DNA of 57,000 nucleotides, filler included, from Bipalium vagum (GCA_037834085.1; 3 parts of 3 records of this genome joined end to end with filler, not necessarily neighbours in it); one strand, 5' to 3'; positions 11,798-24,723 are shown, counted from the first letter of the whole stretch. The notes: generated by a model from the sequence alone, not told the origin. Numbers and translations are program-made.

Positions 11798-12387
11798 TAA
11801 TAAAAAATTATCATGAAGACCTTTTGACATTAAAATTATTGATATTTTATTATCCATTAATAATAATATTATTTATTATATAACAAATATTTGAGAAATC
11901 TTGATTTTACATCAGTGCAGACTTATTTAGTACGGTAAAATTCTAATTAAATAATTTAATTAGACAAAAACCTTTTTTAAACAAGTTAAGTACGTGAAAT
12001 TAATTTTTCCACCTGTTTCTTCAAGAAAATTTTAGAAATGATTATATTAATTATAGGCCAATGATAATTTCAATATTTAAATATTCAGTAATTAAATAAT
12101 TAATTTTTCATAGTAAATGAATGTGATTTTTATTAAAGTTTGAATAAACCAATAATGTCTGTGGAAATGGTTGACCGGAAATATAAATTAAAATCTATTT
12201 TTAATAAATCAATTTATGTAAATGTAAAATCGTTATATGAGTTACATGTTTTTTAAACAGGTGGGTTGAGTGAGGCTAATGCAAACATTTTTATAAGTAA
12301 ACAATCTATTATTATCATAAAAACAAGGATATTTATTTTCGTTTTTGATGACAAATTTTGCACAAATATACTGCGATAGTTCAGGAC

Positions 12388-12388
<1 letters not shown>

Positions 12389-12457
<69 letters not shown>

Positions 12458-12472
12458 TATTATTATTATTAT
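12389..12472. repeat. (TTA)n microsatellite
   Basis: Direct trinucleotide run with one slip. Confidence 0.97.
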
Positions 12473-13053
12473 TTGTTATTATTCGATAAATAAAAATAAT
12501 TTAATATTTGAAAAAATATTATTTACAATACCTTTAAATTTATTGCTTTTTAGTTAAGATTTTTCTTTTATAATTGAAAACAGCATTGCACAAAAATCAA
12601 AATTATAATTTTTATCAGGATAATAAATTATATTTGTTATTAATTGAATAGAAAAATATTTTAACTCAATATCTTCCTCTGATCTTGGTAAGCAATACTT
12701 ATTAAATAATATATTAAAACCTTTATATTGCCATAAATTTTATTGTTTTATATTTGTTATAAAAATATGAACTTAAACTTAAAGGAAATATTTCACACAT
12801 TGATTATATTTTTTCTATATATAAATTATAATTTAAATTATTAAATTAATATATAATGTATAATTTTAAAATCTGTTGTTTTAATTTTCTAATATTTTGA
12901 AGCTAGTAATGATGATTGAAACGCGTAAAAATAAACCTCAGTGAACAATTAGCTAATTATTTTCATTTTACATTTGGTTTGCCTACATATTTTGTTCAGA
13001 AAATACTGATTTCAAATTTATTCTGAATATGATGTGTTGGATATTTGTTAGTA

Positions 13054-13976
13054 CAGTAGACTTCGGTTAATACGATGTTGACGGGACTTCCAAAAATTAT
13101 CGTTATAAGTGATATATTGTATTAACAGAAGTGTAATTATTCATTTACATAACATGTATTATGTAATAGGAAGAATAAAAAGTATATGACAATCTATTTT
13201 CATTTATTAATTAAAAGCTCGCAATATCTAGTTTGACTTGAAATAATCCGTTATTGATAGTTGTTTAGTACATCGTTTTTTATTTAAGATTCCATCTTCA
13301 ATTATATAAGTTAGTTCCATTTCTTCAATAAGATTGTTTTGTTGAAGATATTGGGGATCACAGTTGGCAGAAGCTAGCGCGTCTTTGGCACTTATATGTT
13401 CTTCCAAATTGCAAGATAAATTTTCATCTTTAATGGAATCATCTAACGGCCCAGATATCATGCAATTTTGATCACGTCTCTTTTTAAACCACATAAGCAG
13501 AGCATTATCAAGTTCAACAGTGGTACAATTTCGACGTCGCATCATTGCATTTTTCTCATTGAGAAAAAACATTTCGCGAATCTTGATGTCATTGCATATG
13601 ATGATTGACACAGTAGATTGAGATAATTTTTTTTTGACTACTTCCGATTGTTTCATATTTTTAAAATGATATAAAATGCTGATTTTAGTTTTTCAAAATA
13701 AATCTTTTCTTTTAGAATTCATTCTTTATATTTTTAGTATTTATTTTTAAAAATTTTTGATTTCTGTGGAAATTTTAAAAAATTAAATATAAAATATTGT
13801 ATTAAGCAATATTTAAAAATTAAATAAGATTTAATTCCAAACGTAATAAACGATTTATCGTATTATGCGATATCATATTAAACGATGCTTTTAAATATCA
13901 AAATTATATATATATAAAAAGGGTCCAATTAATTATATCATAATATCCACATAATTGTATTAACCGACTTTCACTG
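13054..13976 (-). mobile_element. Internally deleted pogo/Tigger element
   Basis: TA-flanked TIRs CAGTAGACTTCGGTTAATACGA / (rc) CAGTGAAAGTCGGTTAATACAA; subterminal TGTATTAA-type repeats; ORF 13228-13656 carries CENP-B-type HTH text (LSQSTVSII, ELDNALLMWFKKRR, ISGPL) fused to the C-terminal KQLSITDYF. Confidence 0.88.
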
Positions 13977-14671
13977 TACGCACAAAACATATGACGACAG
14001 GGCTTATCATGTCATTTCACTTATCAATCCATTCTAAATTTAAAACATTTTATTTTAATTTCCACTTTTTCTTGTAATGATAAGCGACGATACCAAAAGA
14101 AAGTTAATTGATGTCTATTCAATACAAAGCATATTGCAAGTATGTTAAATGTTCTCTGTACTCTTTCATACATGTAAGATCAAATTGTAACAGTTCTTTT
14201 TCATTATTGCTTTTTCACGAAAACTTAGGTGTCAATACAAAAGTTGAGTGGAAAAAAAATTAAAAGGTGGGCCACAGAAAATAGCAGTACGAGATATACA
14301 TATTCATGTTTTATAAAACTACATGGACTCCGACAACTCAATAACTTTGAAGACAAAATTTAATTGACGAATTCAATATTCAGATCTCTATTATGACCGT
14401 ACATATATACATTAAACCATTTAATTATAACTTAGAAAGGACAACGCTAATCCCGTAGTGAAGAAATTATGAAAAATCTATAGACCCACATGAAATATAT
14501 TGAATATATTTTTTAGTCAATTGTCGTCTTTTGATGAGAGCCGATTGTATTATGTGGATTTAGTCGGGCTCAATATCTCAATGAGATCTTAAATTTGAAA
14601 ATCCTTGGGAGGAACCATTGTCCTAAAACGGTTGCTGGTGATGAGCTGGGCTCGTCGACGTTGTGCCATAG

Positions 14672-15076
14672 TTGACGACCAACGTTAATCACTTTCTTCA
14701 TAGAATTATATGGTGCTATCATGCGAATTCATATACGGTTAGCTTAAACCACCTGGCAGTCAATTTATTAAAAATCCTGCCATTGTTTAAAACTCATAGA
14801 AACAGTTATTATGCATTGGATCCATTAGAAAACCAAAATCTTACTCAAAATTGGTTATCATTTCAAAAACGGTTGAACAAATCTTTTAAGAAAACAGCAA
14901 TAATTTTTCAAGAAATAAATAAAATATTTTCGTCTATAAATATGAATGTCTCAAACAGAAAAAACCACTTTGGCACCGACTTGATTAATCGCAGTTTAAA
15001 TGAATATTTCTCGGTAGTTTCAGAACACAGCAGTACGTTTTATTATAATAAATCGAAAATATTACAGAGCTCATAG
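14672..15076 (+). CDS. Unassigned 134-codon open frame, possible exon of an unknown gene
   Basis: Long open frame in AT-rich DNA, preceded by catAG; possible donor GTAGTT at 15014; no motif recognised and no convincing join found. Confidence 0.3.
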   Translation: MTTNVNHFLHRIIWCYHANSYTVSLNHLAVNLLKILPLFKTHRNSYYALDPLENQNLTQNWLSFQKRLNKSFKKTAIIFQEINKIFSSINMNVSNRKNHFGTDLINRSLNEYFSVVSEHSSTFYYNKSKILQSS

Positions 15077-15714
15077 AAGTGAAAGATGGAGCCCAATAAT
15101 ATTAGAATAAGAGAAAGGGTAAATTCATAGAATAAATAACAAAAAATATAAATAATAAATTTATTCAAATATTATTTATTGGAAAACAAAAGCTGAATTA
15201 ATTTGGATTTGTCCGATACTTACTCAACCAAGAACAAGCTGGGACCAATACGATGCCCTTCCTATTGTTTGACTTGACGAAACAAAACAAAACGGAAATG
15301 ATGAAGAGAAGTTATTCCATTGAAGATAAGACCGTTTTACTTGGTCGAAGAATAGAACTTTTACAAAACTCAATTAATGATACTCGCGCAGTCTATTCTA
15401 TCCCACAGTTCATATTTAAGTGTTTAGAATGTAAATTAAATTTTTCAGATTTTCTACTCCAAATCTAAATTAATTATTTTAAATCCTTCGGTTGCGCGGG
15501 CAAATGTCTGACGGATAAAAATGATAAAAAACAGAAATTTTGTTCAATAATTTTGTTTTTTCCTGTATTTATGATGAAAAATTAAAAACCACAGATTAGA
15601 TTTTGAACAAGATTCCTATCACTACTCTCGGATAATGATAGGAAATTATTTGATGATTTTATATAAAATTATTATTTTATTTTTCAGTTTCAGTTTTATT
15701 TTGATTAATGACAG

Positions 15715-16165
15715 ACGTGTGGGATATGCAGCAAATGATAGATTGTGCTTGGTATTCCTTCAGTCGGATTCTATCATTTTTAATTCACAGATAAATATCC
15801 AGCATCCTTTAGCTATCATTTTAAGAAAATATGCTTTTTTTTCAAAATCCCATACCGAGGATATACTCACAGAAATGTACTTTACACATGATGCTTACAA
15901 TAGTACTAAAAATATTGATTTCTAGATGTTTGAGTAGGCGGAATATTCACTTTTATGTAATTCCAAGATTCATGGTGAGCTATACTGACATCTGACACTA
16001 GTTTTCATTAACATTTTCTCAAGGTTTTGATTGACCAGATACGTTCGGTATCCAAACGTATCCAGATCCAAATTACTACTTAATCGGCTAAATCATTTTT
16101 ATGTTTCATAGTCTGCCTTCATCTCTAGAATCATATGCTGTTTTCTTCAATTGAAAACCAAATAA
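15715..16165 (+). CDS. Probable 3' exons of a spliced gene of unknown function (15715[or 15600]-15876, 15926-15974, 16024-16047, 16112-16165)
   Basis: Two consecutive 49-nt GT-AG introns (15877-15925, 15975-16023) keep the frame open: ...EDILTEI/CLSRRNIHFYVIPRFM/VLIDQIRS/SAFISRIICCFLQLKTK*; AATAAA overlaps and follows the stop. Confidence 0.5.
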
Positions 16166-16569
16166 TAAATGCATTTTTTGGATGACTTGAAATTTTTCAA
16201 TTTGTTTGAAATATTAAAACAAAAAAGATTTTTATTTTACATTAATTAGCGATTATCTTTCATTTAAAACTATCTCATTTAAGAAAAAATTATTAAATTG
16301 ACAAAGTGGCCATTTTCTAAACATGTACTTCTTCAACTTGTAAGCGTAATAATAAAGTTTATCTTTAAAGAGCTTGTTTAAAAGTTGATGCAATTTTTTG
16401 TACAAATATTAAAATAAATGCTTATTTCATTAACATACCAGGTTATTTGATGCATTTAGTATTTATATTTTTTCAGTGACTCTATACTGATTTCATAATA
16501 ATAATTAAACTTTCACACTGAAATATAGGGACAACAATGCGGCCCTTGTATTTTCATCTTAATAATATT

Positions 16570-16942
16570 TTTTCACAAATGTCTCGCGTTATCTTCGAGA
16601 ATTTTCAGTAAGTCTTTTATTAAAGAAGTATTAAACCAGAACAGCATTGTTCTATCTTTTACTGCATCTTCTCGAAATACATCATACAAACCTCTGTTTG
16701 CTTCAGCCACACTTTTTTTTCTGAAATTTGTAGAAGGCGCAATGCCGCAGATGTTGTTTCTCACAATTCATTTAAGTGCTATGTAAACAAGGACAATTCA
16801 GATAAACAATTGGATATCTCTTATTAACTATAATTTAATACATGACTCATCACAATAATATATATTACAATTCAACAGGGTGTATTTTATTTGAGCTATA
16901 AGATAATATTAAAAATCGGAAAGAACTTTCTGTTCAAACTGA
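16570..16942 (-). mobile_element. Mariner 5'-end remnant
   Basis: TIR (rc) TA-TCAGTTTGAACAGAAAGTTCTTTCCG; translation FRKKSVAEANRGLYDVFREDAVKDRTMLFWF matches the mariner first HTH. Confidence 0.7.
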
Positions 16943-16996
16943 TATTATTCAATACTGAAATACTTGTAACAACGTTTATTATGCCATTTCTATTTA

Positions 16997-17071
16997 CACT
17001 ACCGTCCATAAGTTTAATCGCACTTAATAAAATAGCTATTTTATAATGAAATGATCGCATTCTAAGATTTC
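16997..17071 (+). mobile_element. Tc1-type terminus running into the gap
   Basis: TA-CACTACCGTCCATAAGTTT resembles Tc1-family TIR starts. Confidence 0.45.
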
Positions 17072-17171
17072 NNNNNNNNNNNNNNNNNNNNNNNNNNNNN
17101 NNNNNNNNNNNNNNNTTAATTAATTAANNNNNNNNNNNNNNNNNNNNNNNNNNNNNNNNNNNNNNNNNNNN
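17072..17171. other. Assembly gap with artificial linker (44 N + TTAATTAATTAA + 44 N)
   Basis: Exactly 100 nt; the central 12-mer gives stops in all six frames. Confidence 0.97.
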
Positions 17172-17243
17172 CTTTGTTTAAGCTGTCATGTGTTCCTTTA
17201 AAGTTAGATGTTAAAAACCGCCATTTATTTCTTTACAACCTAA
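17172..17243 (+). mobile_element. Mariner 3' terminus, same family as 32250-33043
   Basis: TTGTTTAAGCTG...TTAAAAACCGCCATTTATTTCTTTACAACCTAATA aligns with 32980-33044. Confidence 0.7.
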
Positions 17244-17254
17244 TAATTCGTTTT

Positions 17255-18285
17255 TTGTTGTAGGATTCAGATTACAGTCCTTTTTCTTTAAAATGTGCGA
17301 CATATTCTAGATGGGATTCATGTCAGGCGATGACGCAGCCCAAGGTAAAAGAGTAATTTTATTTTTTTAAGATATGTCATTGTAATTTTTGCAGTATGGT
17401 ATAGTGCGTCATCTTTTTGATAGATCCATTGCCCATCACTACACCAATGTTTAGTTTGACTAATTAACTGTTAGTATTTTATATTTTCTCAATACTGAGC
17501 TGCATTAATTGTACCTTCTACTACATATATGCGTCCAGTACCAATACCACAACATGCTAGAAACATAACTTTTGGAAATTAGACTGTTTGTATTAAATGC
17601 TTGCTAGTAAGTCGTTCATTTGTTGATTTTCTTATGAGACTCTTTTTGTTTCCAAAATTCACTACAATGCATGTTTCATCAGAAAATATGACTTTTCGCC
17701 AGTCTTGTTCCATCAAATCTTTAAATTGTTGTAACCACTTCTTGCACTGCGAAATGTGAATACGCAATCAAAATTATTTATGGGGAGATTTGATGAATGA
17801 GAAACCTTCTTTAATTAATCATTCATTTAAAAACCTTTTAAAAATGATGGGTAACCCTAGATTATTTGTTCTAAGTTCTTTAACTGTCCACTAAGGATTT
17901 GATTTGCTATAGCGAATTACTTTTCTAAAATCTGGTATGGAAACCCTTGGTTTTCTTCCTCATTTTAAAATTCGTCGAGATTTTATTGATTCAGTTTGCC
18001 TATAAGGTATCACCAACAGAGGCATTTTTAACTGACGTTGAATATTCCCCTGTGATAACTCCGCATCAAATAAAGCTTTCACTTCAGCACGTTTTTCTGT
18101 GGTAGTATCCATTTTTCAGAGATTCAAGATTACTAGCTATAAAATTTGAAAATGTATTCTAGTTAAAGATTTTTAAAAATACAATTACTTAAACCAAACA
18201 ACAGATATAAACAAATATTGAAATACATAATAAAGAAATAAAAAAACAAATTTAATTAGCGTCCTGATTAATTCTGTCTCTACTG
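17255..18285 (-). mobile_element. Decayed Tc1 (DD34E) element, 3'-truncated
   Basis: TIR (rc) TA-CAGTAGAGACAGAATTAATCAGGACGC; MDTTTEKRAEVKALF start; WRKVIFSDETCI; LLPWAASSPDMNPI*N. Confidence 0.85.
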
Positions 18286-19869
18286 TATGTCATAATTTAG
18301 ATTATTATTATTAGTTTTATTCACACCGTCTTCAATTAGGTTTTTGGTTTTCAGAATCATTAACACGAACATTGGTATCATTAATTTAATTAATCTCTAA
18401 AATGATTTCCTTTTACTGTCTGACGCCTGTAAGTACTCTATCAAACTTCAAATACATTTGGACATATTTGGAAACAGACCAAGTCAGGTTTTAAAATATC
18501 AATTTGTCTACTTCTCCTTGGACAGAACAATAAGCTTCATATTCAAATTTATTAAATTGAAGTATCCATCTGAACTTATCCACATATTTTAGTCGACCAT
18601 TTGGCAGAGTCTTATGATCATGTACTGACATTTTATCTACCGTAACTTTAATTATCCCTAATTCCAAATCTTCAGAATTATTATCCCCCTACGAACTAAG
18701 CTATCATCGGGACATTGTCATTTTTCACAAAATTAATTAAATGTGCGCTGATTGTTAAAAAGCTGTCTTTAAACATTTCATGAACATAAAAATTGAAATA
18801 AAAGATCCCCAAGAAAATCCCCAACAGAAAAAATGTACTGCTAACAAAAATGTCAATTGTTTCTGAACATGTGCAGATCAACACGATTTGTAATATCCAC
18901 GACCTTTTAACGTTGGTGAAATACAATTTCATTTTTCAAAAGAGCTTTCTAAAAAAAATTTATTTTATTTATATATATTATATTTTTCAAATTAATCACT
19001 TTTATTTTACATAAACCTTTATTTAATTGTCGTGATTTAATGATTTTGGGTTTTATATGGTCCAAACCCTTAAAGTTGTGGCTATTGTATCTCTTTGATA
19101 TTGCTGTCTTGTTAGATTCCGTTAATCTACGAATTGCTAAAATATAAATCCTGAATTTCCTCCAGTATCCGATATTCTTTTTAATAGTCCAAACCAGAAA
19201 TATTCTTTAACAATTGCATATTATTATCTCGTGAGATCATCAATCATTAAACGTAAAATTGAATCAATGATTCAAATTTCCTCTTTTCCAATTTATTTTT
19301 CTCAATTCTATAATATCAGTTGGTTTGATCAATATCCATTTGGAATTTCTATAATCTTGGAAAAATGCATTTAATTAACATTTTCAAAAGTAAAATTAAG
19401 ATTCTTTTATATTTTTAAACAATGTATTTTATATAACCAAATATAATCAATACAAAAACAGAATTAATTATTTTTGAAAAAATTAATTCAATACTTTGTT
19501 TCAACTCATATCGAACAGAGAATTGCTAAACATTCGCCTAATAACCTACGTTTCCACAATTATTAAAATTATTAAAAATACTTCGGACCATCAATTTTAA
19601 TTCACCAATTATAATCTCATCATTTTTTATTGATTCATTTTAAAAACTCATCATTTTTATTTATTAATTTTAATTTATCAAAAAAATTAATTAATTATCA
19701 CAATAAAAAATAACAACTATTTCTTCGAGAGTAACAATTGAATAAAAAAATTGAATTACAACAAATAATTCGATAATTTTAAAAAATTAATTAATTTTTA
19801 GTAAATCTAACGTTTTTTCCAAATAATTTTTTAGACGTTCCCTAAACTTTGTTGTAACTTTCCACGTTA

Positions 19870-20166
19870 AAGCAAATAGTTTTCTATCATTCATTTTATT
19901 AAGTCCCTGAGTGGATCTACGCTAAAATGGATCTTGAAAACCAACTTGTTGAAAAAAAGGAAAATGACGTCATTGCTGTTCATCATCAAACGGTCAAGCC
20001 TTTAAACTAATTTGCGAAACTTGTGAAAATCGTGATTGCAATGAACATTCGGAGAAAGATGTATTATGCATACGTGCAAAAATAGTTGTAATGTTTTTCA
20101 AAATAAATAACCTAAACTCTGTGTGACTTTTGAGTCACAGCTTAGTGCTTTACGTAAATGGTTTAA
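19870..20166 (+). mobile_element. piggyBac 3'-end remnant
   Basis: FIKSLS..., then RHCCSSSNGQAFKLICETCENRDCNEHSEKDVLCI, matching the piggyBac Cys-rich C-terminal domain (CxxC-x4-CxxH); subterminal inverted repeat GTGACTTTTGAGTCAC; ends GGTTTAA. Confidence 0.65.
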
Positions 20167-21156
20167 CCTATTTTTAATAGAATTAAATAAACAAAATGAA
20201 AATTAATCATTGCAAATGTGAATATAAAACATTTCAGTCACATTTTAAAACAAACAAATATTTTATTATTTCCACCAATACAAATTGATTTATGTCAAAA
20301 AAATAATATTTTACTTATTAATAAATTAATTTAAATGAATAATTAATTAGCCCATATTTATCGTCTTTTTATTTATTTTTTAACATTATAAAATTTCTTG
20401 ATGATAATTAAAAATTTTCATTTGTGATTTATGGTTTTTGTGTTCAAAGTTATATTAGTAATAATATATTTTCACTTCAGTCCTTTGTAATTTTATTTTC
20501 AAATATTTTCTAAATTTATCATTAAATATCGTTGAGATTCAAGCGAGCTCAACTGAATATGTTTGGATAAAATAAAAAATCAATTAATTAAATATGAAAC
20601 TTTATTGATCTTTAAAAGTTTCCATTATTTCTAATTAAGATAAATTTTTCTTCAAAATTTTTTTTATTTAATTTTTATTATTTTAAAATTTTAGTTAAAT
20701 ATTTAAACAATTAATTTATTAATAATTAATAGCCCAGAAGCAATCGAAAATGAATCAATATTAAGGGTTGTTCTTTGTGAAATTTTAAATTATTTAATAA
20801 TTATAATAAGACCCGATAAGCTAAATTTGGTGTGATTTTTATAATGTTATTTATAAAAATATTTATTGGTTATAAAGATTATATATATAAAATAACCAAA
20901 ATTCATTAATTAAATATTGTTATAATAACGAAAAAATAATAAAGGAAATGAATTATGAAATTATAACTTGAGTAAATTAAACAAATTGCCTATCATTATC
21001 ATTCAGATAAAAATTATTTTCCATTATTGCTAAGTTATGTAATAACAATAATGCAAAACGAAAGCTATTAAGGATTTTTTACCCTTTTTGCCGACAGAAG
21101 TGTTTGAAAGTCACTCTAAAATCAAATAAAAAAACACGTGAAAATTTAGAAATTAG

Positions 21157-22237
21157 TAGTGTGGTACAGAAATAAAATTAAGTTGATGAAATTTTCTACA
21201 TAAAATAAGTAATACATATAATCAAATATTATTGACTTTGTTTTAAATAATAACCATTTAATGACTTTTATGGCGCTTTTTTTAAAAAAATTTACCAGCA
21301 ATTTGAATTTTTAAGTCAGATGAAGTTAGAAAAGAAGAACATTGTTTATCAGTTATATGAACCATTTAGGAATGAAGCTCCATGAAAGACCATTAATAAT
21401 TAAATAAAAGCGTTTTCTTCTGGCAGGAACAATGTGTTTCATGAAGAAAAAAGTAAACCACCATTCAAAATTGGACAGAAGAAATTCGAGAAATTAAAAA
21501 TGATTGTGACTGAAGAAAAACGGATTACCCACATAAAGTTTTCTACTAAATTTTATTTAAGCGAAAGACTGTACAGAACATATTGTAGAACATAGGAATT
21601 AGAAAATTATGTAACTCATTCGTCCAATGCCTTTTGATACCAGATATACTATAAAAATGAATGTATGCATGCCAAGAAAATCTGACCTTATTCCATATTC
21701 CTGGACAGAATTTTCTGAAGATTATTAAATCGGAGGACGATAGTCCATTAAGCATAAGTTCCGTAAAGGAAGCCGCAATCTTGTAGGCAAAATATGCTTC
21801 GTCCATATGTTTCTTACTCATTGTGTTTTAGGATGCAAAACCTGTGATCAAGACCGACTTTACTCCTGAAAACGCGAACTACTGCAACGTGCTTGTGAGA
21901 CAATTTCGACGGAAGTGACAACACTCATATTCACACAGCTCACCGAACTATGAATGTAATTATAATCGCCATATAACCTTGATTTGACTTATAGTAATTT
22001 CTTCTTATTTAATCAATTCATAAAACATTTACGAGGACAGAAAATAGAGTCAAAAGAGGATCTTATAAGATTAGTGCAAGATTTTTCGATAATAGTTTCT
22101 TTTCATTAGTAAATATTAGAATGAAGAAGTGCCTTGAAGCAGAAGACAGAAATCATGATTTCCTATGAATTCAAATTTGTTTAATTCTTGCTGTGCAACC
22201 AGTTGCAAATTACTTCTTTATGATTGTCAGCGCACTA
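21157..22237 (+). mobile_element. Highly decayed mariner (irritans-like)
   Basis: IVF*DAKPVIKTDF (TVFWDAKG motif) and PYNLDLTYSNFFLFNQFIKHLRGQKIE (PYSPDLAPSDFFLF motif); weakly inverted ends. Confidence 0.7.
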
Positions 22238-23803
22238 TTTCTCATTTCCTGTGTTGATTCGATGAAGAAACCATTCCTTGTGACCAAGTGTTGTTTGATA
22301 TTGGGGAAATTTTTAAGCCTCTATTATTAAACGACTTTCTAAAATCTTGTAATCCACCCGATGCGACACACAAGTACACAATTTTTATGGAATATACATT
22401 GTTAGTCGCTGACATCTATTCTAAATTAATATCCATTAATAAATCAACATACTTTTCGATTATAATCGAAATTTTCGATTATAATTCCATTATAATTTTC
22501 TTTAATTTATTTTAATTATTGTTACATCTGCTATGTCATTGAATAGATAAAGAAAATCATTGATATTCATTTCTAAACACTTAAAAATAAAAAAAGAACT
22601 GACATGAAAAACTAACTTTATATTCGATTTCCTTGAACAACAATGGCCTAGAAAACATTAATAAGTGTTAAGTAAACAAAACAATTTTATGTCGAGTAGT
22701 GTAATTAAAGAGTATGAAAATCTTCATTATTTGATGAAATAAAAATATCAAAACCCCATAACATTTTTTTAAAAAAATGCTTTATTTTTTACACCTACCT
22801 TTATAGTTTCTTAATTAATGACTTCATAACAATAATTTTATTTCGATTATTATTAATGATTATTTAGTAAATAATCATTATATTCACTAACTATTGATTT
22901 ACCAAATTGTCTAATTATTGTGTCTGTAACAACTCTCACAATATATACGAAGAATATTATATTTTCAACTTAAATTAATTTTTATTAAAACAAAAAATTA
23001 GTCAACCGTGATAATACAAATCTCAAGATTGGCCAGACCTGTAATTATTATTTGAAATAATAACTAAATTAAGAAAGCATTTTAAATTATTTTTGAAATA
23101 AACCATTTATATTAATCAAATTTTTTTAATTGTATATTAAAAAATGTTAAATAACAAAATAATTTCTCGTAAACAAGCAAACCAGATAAAGAAGATACAT
23201 AGTTCAGATATATCTTTCAGTTTCTTCCTTCGTTTCCATAAAATAGTTTTTTAATGTACCAAGAAGCATATGAGTGTCATTCTGGATCTGTAGTTTTATA
23301 AAAATTTTAGGAAAGTTGTTTAAATTTTATAATAATTGTGAAAAACTATAAAAAAAGTATTGAGAAAGAATATTCTATTAAATAAATCCTTGTTGATACT
23401 TTAAGGAACATTGCAATATTTCCAACAGCACTTCTACTGATTATAAAAATTATTAAATTTTCATTAATCATACAAAAATAATATTTTTCTGAAATAAATA
23501 AATTAAATAAATTCTGTTACACAAAGTACTTGCTGAATTTGAGAATTTTTTTATGCTTGGTGTTTTTTAGCTTTAAACTAATTTGTGACAAACTAAAATT
23601 TGTAAGAAAAACATTTTAAATATTAAATATTATGTTTTGTTGAAATTAGACCACAAGTCTGGATTTTGTTTAAATGAATGCTGTTTTGGTTATGATATTT
23701 TAAATCTGTTATTTTTAATTCAATAAAAATATGTAAATAAAAATATTTTGAAATATATAGTAAAATCAGGGTTAATGTTATGGTTAGAATATATATGTAT
23801 ATA

Positions 23804-24723
23804 CAGGGTGGGCTCTGGAAGACTGAAGGATTTTAATCTAAAATAACTTTTACAAAAGTCTTGATATTAAATTTTATTACAGATTTTTATGAATATATAT
23901 TTATTGGAGTTAATAATACAAAGTTCTGGTTATAGTTATTTATTAAAGTTAATTATCAATGCTATTCGTTTTCAGAAGTTAGCAAGAAATAATGCCACCT
24001 TTTTGATAATGAGCAATGAAGCCCATTTTTATCTGAACGAGGTTGTCAATAAACAGAGTTTGAGGTTTTGGGGCTCAGTCAATCCTATGAACTTTAACCA
24101 GCATCCACTGCATTCTCAAAAATGTGTGAGGTCATGTCTGAGAGAATTATTGGAACTTATTTTTTCGAAGATGATGAAGAACGTTCAGAAAGAATTACTT
24201 GTGCTGCCTACAGGACAATGATCGAAAATTTTCTACGTCTGATAATTGAAGACAACGAAGAAATTTATTTCAACAAGATGATGCTACTACACACACTGCC
24301 TCTCAAACAATGAATCTCTTGCACGAAGTCTTTGGTGAAAGACTGATTTCCAAAAATGCTGAATTTTCATGGCCTCCGCGGTCAGCAGATTTGACTTCTC
24401 CGGATTATTTTTTATGGGGCTACCTGAAAGAGGTTTATATGAACAACCCTCAAACAATTTCAACAGCTAAAAGCAAATATACGAAGTGAGATACATCTCT
24501 TTGACCCGGAAATATTGGATGCAGTGATGGAAAATTCCCTAAAAAGAGAATTTCTTTGTGAGCAAGAAAATGGTGGTCATTTAAAAGTCATTATTTTCCG
24601 GACTTATAAAAAATTAAATTTTAAGCTTCTATCTTTCAAATAAACTATTTGGATTAAATATAAATTTTATTTTCTAAAAGTTATTTTATATTATAATCCT
24701 TCAGTCTTCCAGAGCCCACCCTG
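23804..24723 (+). mobile_element. Internally deleted DD41D (rosa-like) element
   Basis: Perfect 29-bp TIR CAGGGTGGGCTCTGGAAGACTGAAGGATT (imperfect to ~54 bp) with TA on both sides; MSNEAHFYLNEVVNKQSLRFWG and FQQDDATTH...WPPRSADLTSPDYFLWGYLK, 41-residue spacing. Confidence 0.93.

Noticed and set aside
12345-12557. Poly-Leu ORF (also the IFN-repeat ORF at 28402-28611)
   Set aside because: Translations of simple repeats.
12905-12940. ATGATGATTGAAACGCGT...AATAAA resembling a Penelope hammerhead end
   Set aside because: The core C of CUGA and stem II are missing, and there is no supporting element context.
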